From the NCBI GenBank assembly GCA_012295275.1, contig CM022665.1, positions 48,732,001 through 48,796,000 on the forward strand: a stretch of DNA of 64,000 bases. Direction: 5' to 3'. The stretch is from Chrysomallon squamiferum (Eukaryota > Animalia > Mollusca). The translations under genes and the position numbers were made by a program. Under the pieces are notes generated by a model, which was not told where the DNA came from, ran no database searches, and saw nothing but the letters and a program-made list of their open reading frames with translations. Below, one piece after another: positions 43,994-54,410 of the stretch. The first letter of the stretch is position 1, and each line of letters opens with the position of its first letter.

Positions 43994-44238
43994 GTTACTA
44001 ATTATGTTTCGTATATATCTGCAAATCTTTATTTAAGTTTACTTGTGATAAACAGCAACATTCCAATATGAAGCCCTGAATACAACATCATAATAGAGAA
44101 ATGTTTCTGTTAATGAATGCAAATATCTTTGTAAAATGTGAAATGAGTTCTGAAAAAAACCTAGAAGTACTGTTCTAGAAATAAAATAATAACTTAATTT
44201 AATAATCAATAAATTTGATTATAACAAAGTAAAATTAA

Positions 44239-44269
<31 letters not shown>

Positions 44270-45333
44270 TTTGTTATTTATCACTTTAGGATGAGTTATA
44301 ACCCAAGAACAAGACTTTTAGAACTTTATAAAATTAGCTGGGTCTTTTATCCTTTTTTTTATGTTTTTCTTCTCCTTTTTGTTTGCTATATTAAGTGTTA
44401 AAACTGGTGAATATCTGTTAATAGTACCAAAATCTTCAAACAAATATAATTTAATAAGCATATGTGTGTATGTTAAGAGTGTATCGTTACTTCTCATCTG
44501 ATAACTTCTATATTTCTAATGTTGTTCTACTTTTTTATTAGCAAAGGCTAGATTTTATTACTGGCAAAGACTAATAAATAATTTTAGACTTGTGATCTTA
44601 TTTAATACTTAGACAGAAATACAAAGTTTGTAATGATTCTATATGGTTTTCATTTATAGTGATGAAATGACAACTATTATATTGTAAATGGTTATTTTAT
44701 TTTTATTTTTTTATATTTAATGCTTAGGTCTGTTAAAATGGTTTACAATTTTTACCACTGAGAGATTTATGATATATAAAACAAAATATTTTAGTTTTGT
44801 GGAATAGATATGATGAGGAATTGACTGCACAGACTGGCAGTTGTGTGAATAATATTGTATAACTATAATGCTAATATGGAGTGCTAATTATTTTTCTTAT
44901 TCATGTTAATGTATGATTTAATGGTATCTGAATGAGGTCTCTATCACGTAAAACGAGTAACATGAGACTGAAATATATTCTGTGACACATACACTCATTT
45001 CATTTAGACAGATATCTATTAAAACATTTATAATTATTGGCTTCTGTCATATGATTTAGTATTGAAAAAACTGAAATATAATTATATTGTATTGCTAAAC
45101 TGCCTGGAGACAGCTGAAATGTCACTATATCTTCTTTACTGAACAAGGTCATCACTAGTTACAATTTCGACTTGATAAACAAAATTCTAATAACTAGAAG
45201 AAACAATGGTAGTTTATCTTATTTCTGATCATCTGTGAACATATAAAACAAACGAAAAAACAGCAGACAACCGAAGGGCTTAGAATCAGCTTAGAACACT
45301 GTTGTCAGTTAACTGGTATACTGAAGTGTCAAA

Positions 45334-45367
<34 letters not shown>

Positions 45368-46125
45368 TAAAGTATCCTTTATATAGATAGACACATAGAC
45401 TGACAGATATATATTTTTAAAGTAGTTTTTTGATAGTACAATGCAGCTAAATGTAACTGATAAATTTAACTCTTCAGACATAATGGGTTTTACGAAATCG
45501 ATCAGCAAACGATCCAAAAATATTTCTCATTTCTTTGGGTTTTGAAAAATCTGGTTCATTATAATTTATTGTTTGTGCAGAATAAGCAGCTATATCTATG
45601 TGAAGTGTACTAGAAATAATCAGTTTATCAGATATTTTATCTGTTTGAACTGTCGACATCACACGGTGCTTTCTGTGAAGCATTTTCTAATTCCTGTAAC
45701 GCATCTACTTTCAGTTTAACTAGAATATCAAAGAACATAACTGCAAAAGAATAAATAACCCATAAAATAATACAATTTTTTCCCTCTATATTTCATTGTT
45801 TTGGAATTTACTTGTTATATTTATTGAATATGTGTCAATCTTTATTTCAGTTTCCTTATGACAAACAGCAACATTCCAATATGAACCCCTGAATACAATT
45901 ACATAAGAGAAAACTTTGTCTATTATTGAGAGCAATTATCTTTGTAAATAACGAAATGAGTTCTGAAAATAAAACGGAAGTACACTTCTAGAAATTAAAT
46001 AATAATTTAAATAATTTAATAAACAATAAATTTCTATACAAGATAGTAAACGTCATAGAATAATAATAATAATAATAAAAGTAATAATAATAGTAATAGT
46101 AATAACAACAAAAGCAACAACAACG

Positions 46126-46221
<96 letters not shown>

Positions 46222-49200
46222 ATAATAATAATAATAATCCATAGCGTGTTTGGAAAGAAACTAATTCAGCACTACGGCTGTGTCAAATGTCAGAAATATG
46301 ATTTAACTTTGTACAACATTTGTGTGTCCTCTGATTGATAATTATATTTAACAGTTATTAATGAAAGAAAAAATATTTTATGTATTTTAAAGCATTAAAA
46401 CTATTTTAACATTAAATTAGTGATATACTCACACGTTCCATTGTTTTATCCCTGCTTTGTAGGATGTTGAAATCGTCTTTGGATTTCTAAAAAATATGTT
46501 TTACTTCCTTGTATACTATTGGTTTCAGTTCCACGAATATGTACAAGGGACGTAACTTAGAATGACAAGTTACAAACTACATTTATGGGAGTAACTATTA
46601 CAATTATTTTGTTATTCCTAAACCGTTAATAAATAAATATATTATTATTATTATTATTATGTTGGTAATTATGTTTCGTAAATAGCTGCCACTCTTTATT
46701 TAAGTTTATTTGTGGTAAACAGCAACATTCCAATATGAAGCCCTGAATACAATATCATATTTGGTGGGGCGACCGGCACTTTTCACACGTGTCGGGCAAC
46801 CCTTGCCCCACTTTTGAGTTTGCCACGTGCGTAGAAAAAGTTATTGCACTTTGAAAAAGGTACTCCTAGCATTTTCAACGAAACTTGAAAAAAATCGATT
46901 TTCAAAAATTGAAAATCCGTGTGGCACTATTCCGTGTGGTCGGGAAAAATATTTCAACGTGTGCAAAAGGTGCGCGCCGTCGGGGCGAGTGTGATCAGGC
47001 CCATTTTGTAGTAACATCAAGATGAAGTCCAAAGACCAGACATGATTACGCATTTCCTTTTTCTTACAAAATGGTTTCAAATGTAATGACAAGTTGACTG
47101 TCTTGCGTTTTATTTGCTTAAATGCCATATAGGCATGGTCCCAAATGTTTTCACTAATGAAATTGTAAGCTGTTAATACGCAGACTGAATCTTTCACTGG
47201 CTTTAGGCCAGGAATCAGTTGGCTAGATTTGCATTAAAAAATAAAGAAAAAAAAAAAACAAAACACAAATATATTTAACTTAGAAATTATGTTTGTACAA
47301 AACAGTTGTATTTGTGAAGAGATTAATATAAAATATTTTATTACAAAATAACTTTTATGTTAAATAAATATTATAAACACAGATAAGCATAACTGACAAG
47401 CATAACATTTTCATGTATTTTAATGCCTTGAATTCTTCAACAGTTTCTTATAAATTATCTTGCTACAAAGGCATCTGAAATCCAATATATGTTACCTAAG
47501 TTTATTAATATAAAGTTAAGTAACAGTCATGTAAACCACAAAAAATGTGACAAATTTATTGATGTAAAGTTATGTAATAATATGTACCATTATGCCCAGA
47601 CATGAACAAAATGTAATGTACACATTTTTTAATACTGTAATGAAATAGAAAATAAGAATTGATTAATTAATCTGCTGAAGAAATTTTCGATGTATACATT
47701 CTACCTCTTCTAAATATTTACAATTTTATACATGTATTATCTTACCTTTACTCTCCACCTTATGAAAAAGAATGATAATCTCTGAAAGAATCTCAGTCTC
47801 AATACTGTTGTCAGCTGTGGCTTGTAGCAAGTTGTAAGCATTGGTGAAAGCTTTCAATGCTTTCTTCTCATTATTCAAAGCCTGGAATGAACCTCCAACT
47901 CTCACTTGAGCCTGCAAATATAATTTTTTTATATCATTCAAATGCAATATAATTTTGTATTAGTTGTTACCAAAAATACCTCTAAAATATTACATTTAAA
48001 ACTCATCATTTAATAGTGTTACTACTGCATGTTGAAAATATTTCACAATTATTCCATTTAAATATCTTGTAATAAGCTGAAACAAAACATATCTCTAAAA
48101 TATTACATCTAAATATGTTGTATCTATATGTCAATTATAGCAGAAAATGTTTCTATAATTTTAAAATGTTGGAAAACCTCTATCAATTTAGTTAACTAAT
48201 ACATGTTACATGAAAAATGTATTGTGAATTATCTGTAAATAATTTTAGAAAATATTTGTATATCATTACATTTAGAATATGTTGTAATTAAATGTTTGTC
48301 CTGATAGAAAATCTAAATGAAGTCATTTGAATAAATAGTTTTTTTCTTTTATTTATATATTTATTTATTATTATTAATATTTAGATTTTGTATTTTTTTT
48401 ATTCATTTTTTATTTTTTATTATTTAATTATGTTTATGATTTTTTTAGTTAACTTTTATTTCATTTTATTCTATTCAATTCTGTTTTATTTTATCTAATA
48501 AACAGTGATACTTTGTGCCAGGTTGGGTCATATCCCACACTTTGTTTGGCTTCATGAAGTGCTTCATTTGACAACCCAAGTTTGAGAAAACACTCTGCTC
48601 TGTTTCCATACAACACTGATAAATCATGGCGTTCTTCTTGTGTCAGGTCTGAGATGGAATCTTTCCTTTCTTTGTGAAGTTTTATAGCCTCATTGTAATG
48701 ACAAACAGCTGCTGGATAGTTCTGATTATTGAACTCCTTGTTACCTTCTTCTTTAAATAATTTTGCTCTTGATAGTACATCCAGATTCTCACAGATGCTA
48801 GGTTCTGAAGGTTTCCCTGAAAACAGAAAAGTAGCTAAACAACCAAAATGGCTAAAGCTATTTACTATAAGTCAGTCTATGAAACAAAAAGAACATTGTG
48901 ATTCATCACATTTAAGATTCAAACTACTTTCAGTTAAGTCATTTCAGGTACTGAATACATATTAAACTCTGCAGTTTCAAATTGCTCTTTATAAATGATC
49001 TGATGAAAAATACAAATCTGGTTGATGTGTACTGGTGTTTTAACACTTGAAAATATTTCATGAATTAATATTTTGTCATAATTTTTATATATATTTATAG
49101 TTTTAATAGCAATACAAATTTTAGCTGTCAGCATTTCATTCATTTTATTCTGTTTTTGTAACATAGAAATAAATTTATAAATACCATGTTTATCACTACT

Positions 49201-52200
49201 GAGGAGTCTGCCAAGAGAACTAAAACATGGCACCAAATCTTGAGGTCTCAAGCCACTGTTATCACATACATTTGCATCAAACCTGTAGTCAAGTAATATC
49301 TGAGTAAGTTTTACACCAATTGCTGATTCTCCTCTGTCAGAAAGATCACAAATGATATGAAACAATGTTTTCCCTTTGTCATTTTGTAGCTGTCTCTGTC
49401 TGGTAAGCTTTGGATCAATCTTCAGAACCTGACACATCAAGGCAGCATTTCCTGACAAAATATTTTTAACAATCATTATACTACAATGAATTGTGTTTAA
49501 ACCAGTGATTCTCAACTCAACACAACCTTAAGACACCATAAAAACACTAGACTTGATAAAAGCTATATATATATACTGTATGAAGACTTTGAAACCACTA
49601 CAAATTCATCTTATTAATTGTTTTTGTTAAATGTTTGTCTCAAACCTAAAACATTTGAAATATGACACTGAAAAACAGTGTTTTACATAATATATTGATG
49701 ATTTATTATTGATTGTTAAATATCAGACATGTTCTTTAACAGCTACAAAACAAGTAAACAAATGTTTTTATTGCTGAAAAACTAAAGGATTCAATATACA
49801 CAGAGCAATAGTCACTCTGGTACTTCTTTGTGTAGTGACTGCTGATGTAGCAAAATGAACAAACTCACAGTTGATCCAGTGACCTACCATATTTAATGTC
49901 TGAGCTGTGGCAACTAGTCAGGGATTAACAATTATTGGTTTTATGAAAGGTTATTACTGTTCAGCAGACTGTTACTTTAAATATTACTAGTCAACCCATG
50001 CACATATTTCTTTTATTTTGAAAAAGAATCACACAACAAGCCATTTTCTTAAATTTTTTATTACAGTTATGTGATACATAATACAAATAATAATAATAAT
50101 AATAAATAAAAAAATAACAAGGCTATTTAATGATGAAAATTAAAAACCAAACCAAAAAAATTTAACTAATCTGCACTAAATGGAAAAAAGTCTATTGCAT
50201 TAACTGATAAAAGAACCAATCAGCCAACATACACTAACTGAAAAAGCAACTAACCTGCTAACATGCACATTTTGATGACAGTGTGAAATGGTGGTGTGTT
50301 TGTTGATGTTGTCAGTGTTTCCAGTGAGGCATTCTGTGACAGTAAAACCATTAACAGCTCATCAGCCCAAGCAACAGGAGCATCAGCAATGGAATGAAGT
50401 GTAGCAGATGAAGCAAGGAATTTTGCAGCTATTCCTTGTGGCTTTGGCCAAAAATCTGTATCCTTTACCACCATACCAACCTAGATGTTGTTGTTTTTTT
50501 ATAAATTATTTATTTGTTTTATTTTTTTATTCTTTTATTTTTATTTTTTATTTATTTATTTTTTATTTTTTCTTGATGTTTTTTTTCAACTGCTTATGTA
50601 TGAAATTTGTTCCATTATTAATTTTTTCATGAGGAATAATCATTTTTTATTTTGAATTAGTCAAGGTAAAAACTCTTGGAGAATAACTCACCTGTGGGAC
50701 AGGTACAGGTTTGTAATTAACTCCCATCACCAAGATTTTCACAGACAACCAGTTTCCATATTTACTGAGTGTTTCAACAATTCTCAGCCAAGATGCAGAA
50801 TAATGCTGAGATATTTCACTGAGTTTATTCAGTAATATCGAACCTTTCAATAATAGTAATAATTAAAATATGGTAATAGTAAAATTAATAATAATTATAA
50901 TCATAATGTGAGCAATAATAATATTCAAAAATTAACAACAATTACACTATGTAAAATGACAGTTTTTATACAATTTAATTCTACTTTTTTACAGTTCTTG
51001 TTTTTCTATCATAATTTCATATGTATGTAGACAAAGTTGGTTTTTTATTGTTATTATTATTATAATATATATTAATAAACTTATGTGGTTCAGTCAGTGT
51101 AATTTTTCTACCATGTAGCTAGTTTCCTCAGTGAAATGCATCTATTTATATTCATAGCTAGTTTGGGGTTTTAGAAAATAAACAAGTAGGAAAATAATAC
51201 CTGAATCTTCAAGAGGGGGCAACAAGCGTGCAATCTCCAGCATAAAAGATGTTTTTGAATTTTCATCAGGATGAACTGCATGAATTAGCCCAGATATAAA
51301 AACATCAAAGGCTTTAGAAAGTTTATTTTCTGATTTGTATGCTTGGCCTAGTTGCCAGTGTCCCTGCCATAAAGTTAAAATAATGTATAATGAAAAGCAA
51401 GTGTCTTGTCAGTGGCATTAAATCAGCTGTAAAAAACCCAAATAGTAGCAGACTATAATATAATATATATATTTTAAAATAAAAGCAACAGTTACTACTA
51501 CTACTACTACTACTACTAATAATAATAATAGTATGTCAGTATTTATCAAATCATAAGAAATACTTAGAATGAAACTGTACCTTAAACAGATCATATACAC
51601 ACACACACACACCTAAAATATATTTATGAAAGAAATTTTTCTCTTCTATAAAATACCTTGTAATAGCTGGAGTCTGCCGTTACTGCATTGTGTGCAGACG
51701 CCAGTGCATTCTTGTAGTCACCCATGTTGGAATAAACAAGAGAACAATTGCTGTGTAGAATAGCCAGTTCTGTTTTCAGTGAATTCTCTTTCACTGCTAG
51801 TACAATGGCTGCCTCATAATATCTCAGTGCCTGTTTGTTGTCATTTTGTTTGTGAGCCCTGTTTCCAGCTTCTAGAAGCATTGCAGTTTTCTGCCTTATA
51901 TTTTCATCTACTAGAGCAATGCATTGAAAAGATAAACATTAATATTTAATTTCTAAAATAACTATTTCCCAATTTCTCTGTTATAATGTGTATACATTTA
52001 TGTTAATAGATATGTTTGAGGATTATGGTATTATTATTGTCATATTGTAATCTTAAATGAAACATAATTTCTGAAAATAGTTTGATTAACAATGTGGTTT
52101 CATTGTCTTAAGATTATGCTCATACAGAGGTGTCAAAAATATTTAAATATTTTAATTACTTTACCTTTCTTCTGAGAAATATTTAACAAGATTCCATAAG

Positions 52201-54364
52201 CAGTACTTTTCTTGTCTAGGTAGTCAATGGGCAGCTTTCCATGTCTGTCACGTATATTAGTCCTACATCCATAGCTGAGTAACAGCTTTAGCAGAGCATC
52301 TCCACTTAATGAATTAATTTTCTCTGGTTTCACAATGATGTGAAGAGCTGTTTCTCCAAACTGATTCTGGTTGTCAATTTGCATCCAGGCTGCTGGTATG
52401 TTTTCCATCGTGTACTTGAACAAATCATGCACACCTAAAAACACACAAGGAAAAGTCATCAGGTCAAAGACAGTGACTTGGAATATACAAAATATATATA
52501 AGGAGACATGCTTTTGACATGACTGTTTAGAAAATGTACATAAAAGTTTTAATTTAAGATAAATGTTTCAGGTTTTGTGGAAAAGGAAGTCTATATACAC
52601 AGATTACATAATAATAATGCATAACATCAGCCCTATAGCCATTATAAGTGGAAATATGGTTTTTAATACTTAATTTTTTATGTTTTATAAGACATCTTTC
52701 TCTTTTATAGCATCCCAACAGTTTTGGGAATATGCAGCATGAAAACTATTTGTGCTAGAGTTTCCAAGTTTGGAATATAAATATTTAAATACAAACACTA
52801 CGAAATGACAGAAAGAAAGTGATGGAAAAATCAACTATATTCTATACAACCTTTATACAACTTTCTTTTGTTTCAAAATACGAATGAAAAACATATTTAA
52901 AATATATATATATATATTTCTTTTGAAGGATGTAAACAAAGGCTAATCCTTTTCTGTTATTTTGTAGGGTTTGGGTTCCATAACATAAAAAATTACATTT
53001 GTTTTATTTTCTCCACATTTTCACACAACAATGAAGTTTATTCTGAAGGTGAAAAAGTCAAACTATAGCTTTAGTTATTAACTTTGTTAACAGTTCTGAT
53101 TGTTTATTTATATTTTTATTAATGTATTTAAAAAACTGTTTATAATACTAAAAGAAATTAAGTAAATTTATTTAGATAACATGCATTTCTTTTTAGAAGG
53201 GAGGTAATTCTAGTAAGTTGCACCTGTTTGTAAAGCAGTGATCAGTGCTGATATTGGGACTGGTTCATCAGGACTGCAGCAAATTTTATTAACATCAGCT
53301 CCTTTCTTCAGAAGACAGACAGCCAGATTAATTCCCCAGCTTTTTAAATCTGAGTCACTGAGAGTGCAAAGAAAATTTCTGACCACAATGCCATGTGCAG
53401 AGCATTCTGCTGCCACACCTTCTAATGGACAGTTAACAGAAAACGAGCCAACTAGGACCAAGGTCCGTACAGCCTCCCAGTTGTCAGTGGATGCCAGCTG
53501 TTGTACAACTTTTGACCATACTGCAGTGTCTGTTGGAAGATCAAGTGAAGCTAAAGCATCCATGCTTTCAGGATCCTCAGTTTCTGTTTGAGAAATTAGA
53601 GAAATCATTAACAAAATAACAATTATATATATATATAAAGAAATAACTAAAACATCTAGAATCAGAACACACTTTATACAACAACTGAAACAGTTAACAG
53701 AGACCACAATAACAAAAATTATTTCAGTTGATTTTTGACAATAAATCTTTTCAAATAATAAAAGATGACAGTTATAACTAATAAAAAAGGAAAAAATATT
53801 TACTCAGATGGGAAGTGTGTGTGTGTGTGTGTGTGTGTGAGGTAAAACTACTGACTATAGAGCACAGGAACTGTAATTGCCATTTCTGCCAGCACTTGAA
53901 CCTGGTCCTCTTTGTGTAATGATAACCCTTTTCTTCTCCATAGATCTGTCAAACACAACGCACATTCACGCAAAGAACCAGACCTTTTGTGTGCTGTTGC
54001 TGCTCTCCAATACCCCTGAAAACAATTAGCCAAAAAATATATAAAACAATTTTTGAGAGTTTTGTAATGCTGTTTTATTTATATCATTTACCAATTACCT
54101 TCTTTAAAAAAAAAATTTAAAAAAAATTATTCTTTTATATGTATATTATGGTAAATATTGTTTTTCATTATTAATTCACAATTTAGTAAGATTTGTTTTC
54201 TCTAATAGCATATGTCAGTAAATAGATTACGATATTTTCTGGGTTTTAATTGTTGCTAATTATTTACCTTTTATTAAACTAATAATAATAATATTAAACA
54301 ATGGATATTTAATTTATATTATTATGCAAAATGATGATAGTTATAAATATATTATTTCAATGTA

Positions 54365-54410
<46 letters not shown>

